Below are positions 24,455 to 37,231 of a stretch of 64,000 nt of DNA, piece by piece. The translations under genes were made by a program, and so were the position numbers. Source of the stretch: Eledone cirrhosa (Eukaryota). The notes beneath the pieces were generated by a model. That model worked only from the letters and a program-made list of their open reading frames with translations. It had not been told where the DNA came from and made no database searches. The DNA lies in the NCBI GenBank assembly GCA_964016885.1, contig OZ024761.1, positions 8,308,001-8,372,000 of the forward strand. Direction: 5' to 3'. Each line of letters begins with the position of its first letter. Positions within the stretch are counted from its first letter, which is position 1.

Positions 24455-26900
24455 TCATCATCATCATCATTTTACGTCCGCTCTTCCCTGCTTGCAAGGG
24501 CGGGACAGGTCTTATTCAGCACAGCATCTCTCCACTCGTCACAGTCCTTCGTCATCTCCACCGTGAGCTTTAACGATCTGAGGTCTGTTGTCACCACCTC
24601 CGCCCATGTTTTTCGTGATCTACCTCTACCACGTCTTCCTTCAACTGGCAATTCCTGGCACTTCTTCACCCATCGGTCATCCTCCATGCGCATCACATGT
24701 CCATACCACCTCAGTCTCCTCTCCCGTACACTACATTCTATCCCTCTCAGACACAGTTTCTCTCTCAACACATTCATGCTGGGTCATTCACGCACATTTA
24801 CACTGCACATCCAACGGAGCATGCTTGCCTCATTTCTCTCCAGCCGTCGCACATCCTCTGCAGTTGCTGCCCATGTCTCACTACCATGCAGCATCGCGCT
24901 CCTCACACAGACATCATACAACTGGCCTTTCGTACGCAGGGAGAAACACTTCTTCGTCAGCAGAGGAAGCAGCTCCCTAAACTTCTTCCAACCCGTCATT
25001 ATTCTAGATACTATGGCCTCGGAACACCCCCCTCCCATGCTAATCTGATCACCTATCCACCACTTCTATAGCACCCTCCTGCATTTGAGAAATGTGTCTA
25101 TCAATGCGACTTCTACTGTCTAATTTCCCTGTACATCTACTGCATACATATTTCTCCCTACCTGTTAGTTTGCCTGCTATCCCGCTACATCTCTTGTGTA
25201 CCCAGGATCTGCATTGTGTGCATTTTATAGAATTTATGCCAGTTCCTTTTCTGCATATCGAACATGGCCATTTCCGCCAGTTCCTTTTCTGCATATCGAA
25301 CATGGCCATTTCCCTAACGGAATCAGAGTTTTGTCCTCTTTTCTACTCATCAACACTTTTGTCTTAGCTAGGTTCACTCTCAGTCCTCTTGCTTCCAACT
25401 GCTGTTTCCATAGCCAGAATTTATTCTCTAGCTCCTCTACTGATTCTGCTATAAGAACCAGATCGTCAGCATAGAGAAGTTCCCATGGACAGCCAGTCTT
25501 AAACTCCTCTGTTATGGCTTGGAGGACTATAATGAACAAGAGCAGGCTGAGGACTGAACTTTGATGTACTCCTACTTGTATCTGGAATTCCTCACTAAAC
25601 TCGATTCCTACCCTGACTTTACTGAGAGTACCTCTGTACAAAGTTTGCACTGTCCTCAAAAGCCATTCCTCAACACCTAGTTTCCTTAGGGACCACCAGA
25701 TGACAGATCGGGGTACCCTATCAAAGGCCTTCTCTAGGTCAACAAAGGCTAAGTATAGTGGCTTATTTTTCTCTAAGAACCTCACTTGCAATTGTCACAC
25801 CAAGAAGAGGGCATCTGTTGTACTCTTCCCAGGCACAAAACCAAACTGCATCTCATCTAGTTTGACCCTTTCTCTAATTAGTTGTGCTAATATCCTTTCT
25901 GCCACTTTCATATCCTAATCCATCAGTTTTATACCCCTATAATTGCTCCTCTCCAGAGCATCCCCTTTACCTTTGTAGCTATTTATGAGAATACTGCTGC
26001 ACCAGTCTTTGGGTATGACACCTGATTGATGATGCGTGCAACCAGTTTAGTGCCTACGTCCCTGATGCCTTCAGCATCTCAGCAACTATTCCCGATGGTC
26101 CAGCAGCCTTACCATTTTTCATTTCCTTAATCGCCTCTTGGACCCTATATTCATCAATCTCAATACCTGGTCCCTCTGTCGGATCTACTAAGGGTAATTT
26201 CTCTCTCCCCCATTCGTTCTCCACATTCATCAGTCTCTCAATGACATTTCCAGGCCTCCTTTTTCTGATCATTCGTGACACTAAGTACACCGGCATCATC
26301 CCGGACACATTTATCTCCATCATCATCCTGATTTGCATTGACACACTGCCTTGCAATGCGGAACACTGCCCATCTCTGATCTTCCCAGAACATTGGCAAA
26401 CCTCCTACTTTCAGTCTCCCTGTGTGCTAAGTACACCTGACGTCTAGCTTCTCTCATAGCGGCTGTATATTCTTCCCTACTCCCACCCTTTTTCCAAGCC
26501 TTCCATGCTAGTCTTTTGTCTCTAATGGCCTTATCTACTGTGCTGTTCCACCACCAGGTCACTGTCAAGTTTCATCAGTAGCCTGCAGCAAGTTGTCACG
26601 TAAGAAATTCCAGTTATTATTTATGTCATACGTCTCTAAATCGTCTTCTTTTTCGTCATATACATCTTGAAGGGCTTTCCTAAATTTGTATTTTAGCTTC
26701 CAGACCTTTCTTTTCCACACCTTCCTGTATGTCTCATTCCATCTCTTGCTTACTGAGATATCACTAACAACTAACCTATGCTGTGGAGTACATTCTTCCC
26801 CAGGGTATGCCTTGGTATTAGACACTATCTGCCTGTCCCGCTGCCTAACTAGTAAGAAGTCAATCCGGCTTATGTGTGAAGTCCCCTGCTAGCAAAACGA
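24455..26900 (-). mobile_element. Decayed RTE LINE (family B)
   Basis: GEECTPQHRLVV, TWWWN, KAAGPSG, FVDLEKAFD, ELLYADD and RLRWYGH. Tail CCCTTGCAAGCAGGGAAGAGCGGACGTAAAA(TGA)n. Frameshifts and deletions. Confidence 0.92.
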
Positions 26901-26919
26901 TGTCTCCGTCCTCTGTCAT

Positions 26920-27325
26920 TGCGGTGGTGAGACATGGGCAGCAACTGCAGAGGATATGCGGTGGCTGGAGAGAAATGAAGCAAGTATGCTCTGCTGGATG
27001 TGCAATGTCAATGTGTGTGAACGACCAAGCATAGAGGAGTTGAGAAAGAAACTGTGTATAAGAGGGATAAGTTGTGGTGTGCAGGAGAGAAGACTGAGAT
27101 GGTATGGACATGTGATGCACATGGAGGATGACCGCTGGGTAAAGAAATGCCAAGAAATCCCAGTAGAGGTAGACCACGAAAAACATGGGCGGAAGTGATG
27201 AGAGGAGATCTCAGATCGCTGACGCTCACGGAGGATATGACGAAGGACTGTGACAAGAGGAGAGATGCTGTGCTGAATAGGACCCATTCCACCCTTGCAA
27301 GCAGGGAAAAGCGGACGTAAAATGA
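26920..27325 (+). mobile_element. RTE family B 3' fragment
   Basis: ERNEASML, RLRWYGH and the family B tail; inverted relative to 24455-24900. Confidence 0.88.
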
Positions 27326-27334
27326 CCATCTCAG

Positions 27335-28022
27335 GACTGTCTGTTTACAGTGTGGACTGGGAGGTTTTTACCGTGTTACCTACACGGCCACATTACAGCG
27401 TGGACTGTGTTTTCTTTGTCGTGACACCTCATTTATTTAGGACTGGATGTTGTGGTACCAACATAACTTTACAGAGAAAGGGGTGGTGTAGAAGGGGCGC
27501 GGGGGGGGGGGTATTTTTGGTTAGGAGATGCCTACTGACTGTAGGTTTCACTTTGTACTTAGGCAAGGCGGGTCTTCTGTATTACTGCATAGCGCCAAAA
27601 ATCTCGGTCCAGTGACATTGTCTTAGAGAGGTGTAAGTGTGTAAGGTTGGAATTTATCAAATCGTTTTGATAAATTCTGTAACTTCCATCAATTTTTATC
27701 GCCCTGCACTTTTTTATACAGCTGTCGTCTTTCATGCGCATCACGTGACCATACCAACGTAGTCTTCTCTCGAGTAAACAACATCTGATCCCTCTTATTT
27801 CTAATTTTTCCCTTAGTTCGTTTATGCTTTGCCGTTCACGTATATTACTATTACACATCCAAAGGAGCATGGATGCTTCGTTCCTCTCCACACAATGCCC
27901 AGATCTCACTGCCATGTAGCATAGCTGTTCGTATGCAGACATTATACAGTCTGCCTTTCATTTTTAGAGAGAAACCTTTAGTGGCCAATAGTGGTATAAG
28001 CTCTCTGAACTTTTTCCATCCC
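27335..28022 (-). mobile_element. RTE 3' fragment (third subfamily)
   Basis: ERNEASML..RLRWYGHVMRM..DRDFWRYAVIQKTRLA; matches 42805-43240. Confidence 0.85.
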
Positions 28023-28052
28023 TTTTAGTTAATTAGTTAAATCGATAAAACT

Positions 28053-28250
28053 AATTGTCTCTACTTTAGGCACAAGGCCACCAATTTGAAGGGGAGGAGA
28101 AAGTCGATAAACTCAAGCCTGGAACTTTATTTTATCGACCCCGTAAGGATGAAAGGCAAGGCTAACCTCAGCGGGATTTGAACTCAGAACAAAGGGACAA
28201 TGAAGCAGGGTGTCCAACGCTCTACCAATTACTGATGCTAATCCACCACC
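28053..28250 (-). mobile_element. SINE family 1 variant
   Basis: TTTATTTTATCGACCCCGTAAGGATGAAAGGC...GGGATTTGAACTC. Confidence 0.75.
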
Positions 28251-28867
28251 TTAAGGATTTCTGATTTAGACACAAGGCCAACAATTTTGGAAAAGTCTTA
28301 CCTAATCGACCCCAGTGTGTTACTGGTACTGTATTTACTGGTACGGTATTTTATATCAATCTTGGAAGGATGCAAGGCAAAGTTGACCACAGGATTTTTT
28401 GAGGGGGGAAGTAAATCGACCCCAGTATGTAACAGACGTAAAAATGACGATACACACCATCGTTTAACATCCATTTTCCATGCTTTCATGGGTTGGATGG
28501 GTTGTCACATAAGATGCCAGGTGTAGAGACTGTGCCTTGTTCATGTGGATCTGTATATATACAATCATCATTTTACATCCGCTTTTCCCTGCTTGCAAGG
28601 GTGGGATGGGTCCTTTCCAGCTCAGCATCTCTCCATTCATCACGGTCCTTCATCATCTGTGAGCTTCAGTGATCTGAGGTCAGCTCTCACCACCTCCACC
28701 CATGTTTTCAGCAGTCATCGTCCATGTGCATCACATGGCTATACCAATGCAGTCCTCTCTCCAGCACACTACAGTTTATTCCTCATATTCAGCTATATAC
28801 AATATTTATTCAAGAAATAATGAAACAAAACAAAGATACGAAAATAGAAAATTTTATTTAATTCAAA

Positions 28868-29310
28868 AGGTGTTTTGGACGTAAGTCCAGTTTCATTCGT
28901 TCTTAGGAATGACAAAGGTGTTTTGGACGTAAGTCCAGTTTCATTCGTTCTTAGGAATGACAATAAAAAGTCGTAAGTCCAGTTTCATTCGTTCTTAGGA
29001 ATGACAATAAAAAGTATGCGATGTAAGTCCAAGTTTCATTCGTTCTTAGGAATGACAATAAAAAGTCGTAAGTCCAGTTTCATTCGTTCTTAGGAATGAC
29101 AAAGGTGTTTTGGACGTAAGTCCAGTTTCATTCGTTCTTAGGAATGACAATAAAAAGTCGTAGTCCAGTTTCATTCGTTCTGAGGAATGACAATAAAAAG
29201 TATGCAACAGAAGGCCAATTTCATTCATTTAAGAATGTATTTGAGAAGTCCAGTTTCATTCTTATTCGTTCTTAGGAATGACAATATAAAGTATGCGACG
29301 TAAGTCTCAT
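28868..29310. repeat. ~45-50-bp tandem repeat with small hairpin
   Basis: Core GTAAGTCCAGTTTCATTCGTTCTTAGGAATGACAA in ~8 copies, with a TCATTC/GAATGA stem. Confidence 0.85.
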
Positions 29311-29564
29311 TTCAATAGTTGAAAGAGTATTGGACAAGTCCACCAGGAAAAAGCAACATCGAGAGAGGGAGAGACGAGGGTGGAAGAAAAGGGGTGGAAC
29401 CTTCAGAACTAACAAATGAAAAAAAAATCCTTTTAAGATGGGGAAAGAGGACAGGTGAGGGGTAGTTGTTGGGGTGGCAGGTAAAGTAGTTGGATGGGTG
29501 GGGGCCGAGATGGAGAGTCCAGCTGTATCATTTCTAGTGTTACAGGCGGTTGAGGTGGAGGAAT

Positions 29565-29930
29565 TGGGGGTGAGGGTGGGTGGGGGGCGGGGGTGAGGGT
29601 GTGTGGGGTGAGGTGGGGTGGCTTGGGGTGGAAAGTGAGTAATGGGTGTGGGTGGTGGGTTGGGGTAGAGTGGGTGTGGGTGGTGGCTTGGGGTGAAAAG
29701 TGAGTAATGGGTGTGGGTGGTGGCTTGGGGTGGAAAGTAGTGGGTGAGGTGGGGTGGGGTGACAGGTGAGTAGTGGGTGAGTGGGGTGGGGTGACAGGTC
29801 GGTAGTGGGTGGGGAGGGATAGGGTGGCAGGTAGTAGTGGGAGGGTGGGGTGGGGTGACAGGTGAGTAGAGGATGGGGTGGGGTGACAGGTGAGTAGAGG
29901 ATGGGGTGGGGTGACAGGTGAGTAGTGGGT
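29565..29930 (+). repeat. G-rich minisatellite with G-quadruplex potential
   Basis: Many GGG/GGGG runs, for example GGGGTGGGGTGACAGGTGAGTAG. Confidence 0.8.
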
Positions 29931-29931
29931 G

Positions 29932-32600
29932 TCTCCGAGTGAACAAGTCTAGCCCTGCCTTGAGCCTGGGGCTCAAGATCATTGGTTCAACTGTACAGAC
30001 GGTAGAGAAAGAGAAAGGGAGGGGTGAGGGAAACCTCTCCGAGTGAACAAGTCTAGCCCTGCCTTGAGCCTGGGGCTCAAGATCATTGGTTCAACTGTAC
30101 AGACGGTAGAGAAAGAGAAAGGGAGGGGTGAGGGTAACCTCTCCGAGTGAACAAGTCTAGCCCTGCCTTGAGCCTGGGGCTCAAGATCATTGGTTCAACT
30201 GTACAGACGGTAGAGAAAGAGAAAGGGAGGGGTGAGGGTAACCTCTCCGAGTGAACAAGTCTAGCCCTGCCTTGAGCCTGGGGCTCAAAATCATTGGTTC
30301 AACTGTACAGACGGTAGAGAAAGAGAAAGGGAGGGGTGAGGGTAACCTCTCCGAGTGAACAAGTCTAGCCCTGCCTTGAGCCTGGGGCTCAAGATCATTG
30401 GTTCAACTGTACAGACGGTAGAGAAAGAGAAAGGGAGGGGTGAGGGTAACCTCTCCGAGTGAACAAGTCTAGCCCTGCCTTGAGCCTGGGGCTCAAGATC
30501 ATTGGTTCAACTGTACAGACGGTAGAGAAAGAGAAAGGGAGGGGTGAGGGTAACCTCTCTGAGTGAACACGTCTAGCCCTGCCTTGAGCCTGGGGCTCAA
30601 GATCATTGGTTCAACTGTACAGACGGTAGAGAAAGAGAAAGGGAGGGGTGAGGGTAACCTCTCCGAGTGAACAAGTCTAGCCCTGCCTTGAGCCTGGGGC
30701 TCAAGATCATTGGTTCAACTGTACAGACGGTAGAGAAAGAGAAAGGGAGGGGTGAGGGCAACCTCTCCGAGTGAACAAGTCTAGCCCTGCCTTGAGCCTG
30801 GGGCTCAAGATCATTGGTTCAACTGTACAGACGGTAGAGAAAGAGAAAGGGAGGGGTGAGAGTAACCTCTCCGAGTGAACAAGTCTAGCCCTGCCTTGAG
30901 CCTGGGGCTCAAGATCATTGGTTCAACTGTACAGACGAAAGAGAAAGGGAGGGGTGAGGGTAACCTCTCCGAGTGAACAAGTCTAGCCCTGCCTTGAGCC
31001 TGGGGCTCAAGATCATTGGTTCAACTGTACAGACGGTAGAGAAAGAGAAAGGGAGGGGTGAGGGTAACCTCTCCGAGTGAACAAGTCTAGCCCTGCCTTG
31101 AGCCTGGGGCTCAAGATCATTGGTTCAACTGTACAGACGGTAGAGAAAGAGAAAGGGAGGGGTGAGGGCAACCTCTCCGAGTGAACAAGTCTAGCCCTGC
31201 CTTGAGCCTGGGGCTCAAGATCATTGGTTCAACTGTACAGACGGTAGAGAAAGAGAAAGGGAGGGGTGAGGGTAACCTCTCCGAGTGAACAAGTCTAGCC
31301 CTGCCTTGAGCCTGGGGCTCAAGATCATTGGTTCAACTGTACAGACGGTAGAGAAAGAGAAAGGGAGGGGTGAGAGTAACCTCTCCGAGTGAACAAGTCT
31401 AGCCCTGCCTTGAGCCTGGGGCTCAAGATCATTGGTTCAACTGTACAGACGGTAGAGAAAGAGAAAGGGAGGGGTGAGGGTAACCTCTCCGAGTGAACAA
31501 GTCTAGCCCTGCCTTGAGCCTGGGGCTCAAGATCATTGGTTCAACTGTACAGACGGTAGAGAAAGAGAAAGGGAGGGGTGAGGGTAACCTCTCCGAGTGA
31601 ACAAGTCTAGCCCTGCCTTGAGCCTGGGGCTCAAGATCATTGGTTCAACTGTACAGACGGTAGAGAAAGAGAAAGGGAGGGGTGAGGGTAACCTCTCCGA
31701 GTGAACAAATCTAGCCCTGCCTTGAGCCTGGGGCTCAAGATCATTGGTTCAACTGTACAGACGGTAGAGAAAGAGAAAGGGAGGGGTGAGGGTAACCTCT
31801 CCGAGTGAACAAGTCTAGCCCTGCCTTGAGCCTGGGGCTCAAGATCATTGGTTCAACTGTACAGACGGTAGAGAAAGAGAGGGGTGAGGGTAACCTCTCC
31901 GAGTGAACAAGTCTAGCCCTGCCTTGAGCCTGGGGCTCAAGATCATTGGTTCAACTGTACAGACGGTAGAGAAAGAGAAAGGGAGGGGTGAGGGTAACCT
32001 CTCCGAGTGAACAAGTCTAGCCCTGCCTTGAGCCTGGGGCTCAAGATCATTGGTTCAACTGTACAGACGGTAGAGAAAGAGAAAGGGAGGGGTGAGGGTA
32101 ACCTCTCCGAGTGAACAAGTCTAGCCCTGCCTTGAGCCTGGGGCTCAAGATCATTGGTTCAACTGTACAGACGGTAGAGAAAGAGAAAGGGAGGGGTGAG
32201 GGTAACCTCTCCGAGTGAACAAGTCTAGCCCTGCCTTGAGCCTGGGGCTCAAGATCATTGGTTCAACTGTACAGACGGTAGAGAAAGAGAAAGGGAGGGG
32301 TGAGGGTAACCTCTCCGAGTGAACAAGTCTAGCCCTGCCTTGAGCCTGGGGCTCAAGATCATTGGTTCAACTGTACAGACGGTAGAGAAAGAGAAAGGGA
32401 GGGGTGAGGGTAACCTCTCCGAGTGAACAAGTCTAGCCCTGCCTTGAGCCTGGGGCTCAAGATCATTGGTTCAACTGTACAGACGGTAGAGAAAGAGAAA
32501 GGGAGGGGTGAGGGTATCCTCTCCGAGTGAACAAGTCTAGCCCTGCCTTGAGCCTGGGGCTCAAGATCATGGGTTCAACTGCACAAACGGTAGAGAAAGG
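29932..32600. repeat. 104-bp tandem array, ~25-26 nearly identical units
   Basis: CTCTCCGAGTG recurs at 30035, 30139 and 30243 (period 104). Two units carry short deletions in the GA-rich part. Confidence 0.97.
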
Positions 32601-32822
32601 GACAGTAGGAGAGGAGTGTGTGGTATCAGTGGGTGGGATGTAGTGAAGTCAGGGTTGGAGTAAGAGTTAGTGGGTTTGAAGGAGGAGGTGAGCTGCTACC
32701 AGGTTGAGAAAGGGGTTAAGCTGCTACCAGGTTGAGAAAGGGGTTGGAAAAGTGATGCCAATACAGTCGCTAACGGTTGTATAGCTTGGGGATGGGGCCA
32801 ATGGAGTGGGCAAAGATTTGGG

Positions 32823-33914
32823 TCACAACATAAACAACAAATAGATTGTTATTGTTGCGGCCCAATCTTGTGCCCATAACCATTCCAGAAAATCACCCAA
32901 CAGAAAAAACAGTTGAGTGAGGACCATCTCGGCAAGGCAAATGAGGGTGATGGTAGTGGGTGGGATAAACAAAAATATCTTGCTAGTTCTCGAGTTCCTT
33001 TCTCTGTTCTCCATCTGTCTCTCTCTCTGAGGTTGATTTAGCTGATGTCAGGCCTGGGGACTGTTATTAAAGGTTACAGAATTCGTTTAGTTCAAACTCT
33101 GCTGAGATCAACTTTCACCTTCATCCCTTTGGGATTGATAAAACATCTGTCCAATACAGGAGTCGCTCCTTCATCCGTCCATTTTTCTTCCTCTGTCTCT
33201 CCCCCTCCAGGATCAAATCAGTCATTGTCAATACCTGGAGAGGCTCGTGAGGGCATCAGAATTTGTTTGTTGTATTCTGCCAAGGGCGACTTTTGTCTTC
33301 CATTTATTTCAACCATCTCCAATGCCTTCTTTTCCCTCTCCATGGGTTGTCAGATATGGAGAGGGTTGGGCTGTCAGGTTGCCCACGTTGCAACACTTGC
33401 TACGACAGTGCACACAGACTCCAGCAAAAGTGCTGGCCCCACTTCAACATCTTTATAGATGCGACTGCTATGCAAAAAGACAAAACATTTGCAAAAACAA
33501 TTAAAACAGATTAAATACTGTACTTGAACATTTCAACCAATCCGGCACTTCATGTGAGACTTGGCACACCCCAACATTGATGTAATGCAGCTTCAGTCGG
33601 CACAGATCTTTAAAACATGAAGCTGTAAGCTGTAGGTGTGGCATTACATCAGTTACACATAGGTGTGTAACTCAATCCTTCTTCAGAGCTCTCACTTTTG
33701 TAGACCGGTTGGTAAAACGAGTACAAAAGTGTTGAAACCTCTCCCGTTTTTTCGTAACGATTATTCGGAGACGTTCCAAGTAACTCGGTGTCCGATGTAC
33801 CCACACTTCATAAGACTCATATTCTGGACTCTGTCCGGCTGTAATAGCTTCACCAACATCCATCTCTTCAATGTCATCGTCGTCATCATCATCGTAATCG
33901 GCAGCCATTCTCAA
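32823..33914 (-). pseudogene. Degenerate coding-like segments of an unclassified element
   Basis: Acidic ORF 33914-33672 (DYDDDDDDDIEEMDVGE), a stop-interrupted frame after acceptor-like TTTTGCATAG at ~33467, and hydrophobic ORF 33014-32823. Confidence 0.3.
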
Positions 33915-33954
33915 ATAATTACTGTAGTATTTCAGTTGGACCAGATTTAAAAGA

Positions 33955-34440
33955 TGACTTTTCTGAGGTAGTGTTATCAGAAAAAAACTTTCAGAGCTGT
34001 TCTACAATTAGAACTAGTTATAAAATAACTTTCACTTAGCTGTAGTTTTCCTGAGAGAAGAAAAACTTCCACTAAGCTGTAGTTATAAAATAGCTTTCAC
34101 TGAGCTGTAGTTATAAAATAGCTTTCACTGAGCTGTAGTTATAAAATAACTTTCACTTAGCTGTAGTTTTCCTGAGGTGGTCTCAGAAGAAAAACTTCCA
34201 CTAAGCTGTAGTTATAAAATAGCTTTCACTGAGCTGCAGTTTATAAAACAACTAAAATAACAACCCAGAGAGTTATAAAAACAACTTACTCTGGGCTGTT
34301 ATCAAAAACTTTTCACTTAGCTACTGTTTTCAGATGTTAAAGATGGACTTTTCCTGAAGATCAGGAAAAAAATTTCACTAGGCTGTTAAGCGATGAATTT
34401 CTCTAAGCTGTAAAGAAATATTTTCTTAAAGAGCTTTAGA
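33955..34440. repeat. Short imperfect tandem repeats with TATAAAA
   Basis: AGCTGTAGTTATAAAATAGCTTTCACTG-like units. Confidence 0.7.
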
Positions 34441-34533
34441 TGAACCTTCACCGTTGCTGAAGCGCTGTGAAATGACACTAACTGTACAGGTAGATTTTTG
34501 AATTCTTCAACTTATGGCATTATGATGTCATAA

Positions 34534-34626
34534 ATGATGTCATAAGCAAAGAATTCAAAATTAGCATATGCGTGTATATATATATATATGTATGTTTGTA
34601 TGTATATATATATATATATATACATA

Positions 34627-34720
<94 letters not shown>

Positions 34721-34752
34721 GCTAGTTTTGAATTTTTAGCTTATGACATCAT
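34534..34752. repeat. 36-bp inverted repeat flanking a (TA)n tract
   Basis: 34534-34569 versus 34717-34752, 3 mismatches; contains TGATGTCA and ATGCTAAT-like motifs. Confidence 0.8.
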
Positions 34753-34759
34753 ATATACA

Positions 34760-34800
<41 letters not shown>

Positions 34801-35057
34801 TATATATACATACATATATACATACATATATACATATATACATACATATACATGTATATATATATATATACATATATATATATACATATATACATATATA
34901 TATACATATATATATATATACATATATATATACATATATATATATATACATATATATATACATATATATACACATATATATACATATATATACACATATA
35001 TATATATATACATATATATATACACATATATATACATATATATACACATATATATAC

Positions 35058-35107
<50 letters not shown>

Positions 35108-35392
35108 ATATATATATATATACATATATATATACATTACATATACATATACATATACATATATATACATACATATATTTATATTTACATATATATATAT
35201 ATACACATATATATATATATACATATATATATACATACATATATTTATATTTACATATATATATATACATATATATATACATATATATATATACATATAT
35301 ATTTATATATACATATATATATACATATATATACATAATGGTTTCTTTATTTTTTTTTTATTTATTTTTTTTTTTATTTATACATATACATA

Positions 35393-35438
<46 letters not shown>
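34753..35438. repeat. (TA)n/(CA)n microsatellite
   Basis: Direct inspection. Confidence 0.95.
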
Positions 35439-35441
<3 letters not shown>

Positions 35442-36952
35442 TGCAACAGATTATTTTCCGGGGTGAGTGGCTGGCGTGTGGGTGGAAGGGAAAGTGCTGG
35501 TAAGAGGGCCTCATAGCTCACCTACATAAGATATAGGGGCGTCAGAAGACAAGGGAGAAAAGAAGGGGGGTGCATGGAGAGGGACATACAAGAAGGTAGA
35601 GTGTTAGCAAATAAATAAATGAATGAATGGATGAATGAATGTACAAAATAAAGGGGGGGGGGGGGCTCGGAAGAGTTCGTACAATTGAAGCCGTGTGTTA
35701 CTGTGCAGTTTATGTAATATTTCGCAGGGGTAAATCCACAGTAAGATCAGAAATTGTGAGTTTGTGTAAATTAAATGGTACGACGATTCAGTTATATTCA
35801 AATGTTGTAAGCGCGTCCATTGAGAATATCGTTGAGATGTATGCGAAAATGTAAACAAATATTTATATCCCAGACAGAAATGTTAATTTGCACTTCTATA
35901 TACTGTTTGGGGAGGGCATCCCGTCCTGGGGGAGGGCATTCCGTCCTAGGAAAGAGCTCCGTGAGATGGGTATTACACGCTGTGTCCCTCAGCAATGCCC
36001 TCAATATCTTGTCCGAGGAAATAAACGTTCTCTCAATTGATTTCTTTAAGGTTTCAGCAGTTATTTTACATGTTTATACCGAGAGATTTGGTATTTGTCA
36101 ATGTTTTTACTTGTATGTTTCTATATTATTACAATGTGTTAAGATAAAACAGTGGATTCTGGTGCTGATGGAGATATTTAGGGGGACGGGATGCTTTACC
36201 GATTAAGTCCTGTTGTGTGTTTTATCTATATTTCATCCCACAGGCTGGAAACTGAATCAATATAAATAATAAACTCAAGTGGAGTCTATTGATTGGAAAT
36301 CTGAGGTTGTGTTATGACATGGGGGATAGTTATGTAGGCTATTGAATAAGCTCTAACTGAATCGTGTATTTCTGATGATAAATTTAAGACTGCACCTGTT
36401 GTCAATATAATTTAACACTTCGATGTAAACTTCTAGCAACTGACGAATTATGGAAAACGCAGTACATAACCTTTAAGTTACGTTCCAAAGAGAAGATTTG
36501 AAATTCTTTATTATTTACAACGCATACATTGCACAAGAAATATCTGAGATATTGATTCCAGTAATATAATATAATATCAGCCTCGCCATCACCCGAGGCA
36601 ACGCTGCGAGTGTGCTGGCTTGCCTCAAAAATCATTAGAGAGGTTGCCCAGTACTCGCGACGTTGCTGTCTTTTGCTCTGGTGTTGGCTCCGTTACATTT
36701 TCTTTAATATTGAAACATAAAATGAATATATCTTTCATTGTATCATCCTTTATAGTCTTTAATTTTTCACTCACGGAAATTACCGGAATTTGTTTGTGGT
36801 CTTAAAATAAAAGCTCACACAAAAAAAAGTAAAAAAGATGCCATTAGCTATACTACGAAATATCTATCTATCATAATTTAATTTTTACTTTTAAAAAGTT
36901 ATAAAAGCACGCCTGTTGAGCACTAACCATTACAATCAACAATGTTAAATAT

Positions 36953-37155
36953 CTCTTACCAGCACATTCCCTTCCACCCACACACGCCAGCCACTCACCC
37001 CCGATGCCGCACAGTGTCCCATCCCCCATCCCCTCAAGCCGGCACCTGCAGCACCACTAACAGACAGAAGAGGGGCCGGAACTGTTCGAGGTGCGGCTAC
37101 TTCCACCACCTCACCTGTGTTGGCTTGACACGTCGAGCCTCCAGTGCCCTCGCAG
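36953..37155 (+). mobile_element. Probable CRE-clade N-terminal fragment with PHD-like finger
   Basis: NCSRCGYFHHLTCVGLTR and C-rich composition. The first ~48 bp recur inverted at 35460-35506. Confidence 0.5.
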
Positions 37156-37231
37156 GGGGGAGGGAGAAAACGGGGGGTTCAACTGTCGACTTACGAAAGA
37201 GTTCGTATAATTGAAGCCGTGTGTTACTGTT

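Noticed and set aside
28868-29310. Tandem ribozyme (retrozyme-like) array
   Set aside because: A hairpin plus GAAAC is present on minus but no CUGANGA box.
29932-32600. CRISPR-like array
   Set aside because: Units are identical end to end with no unique spacers, there are no cas genes, and the context is eukaryotic.
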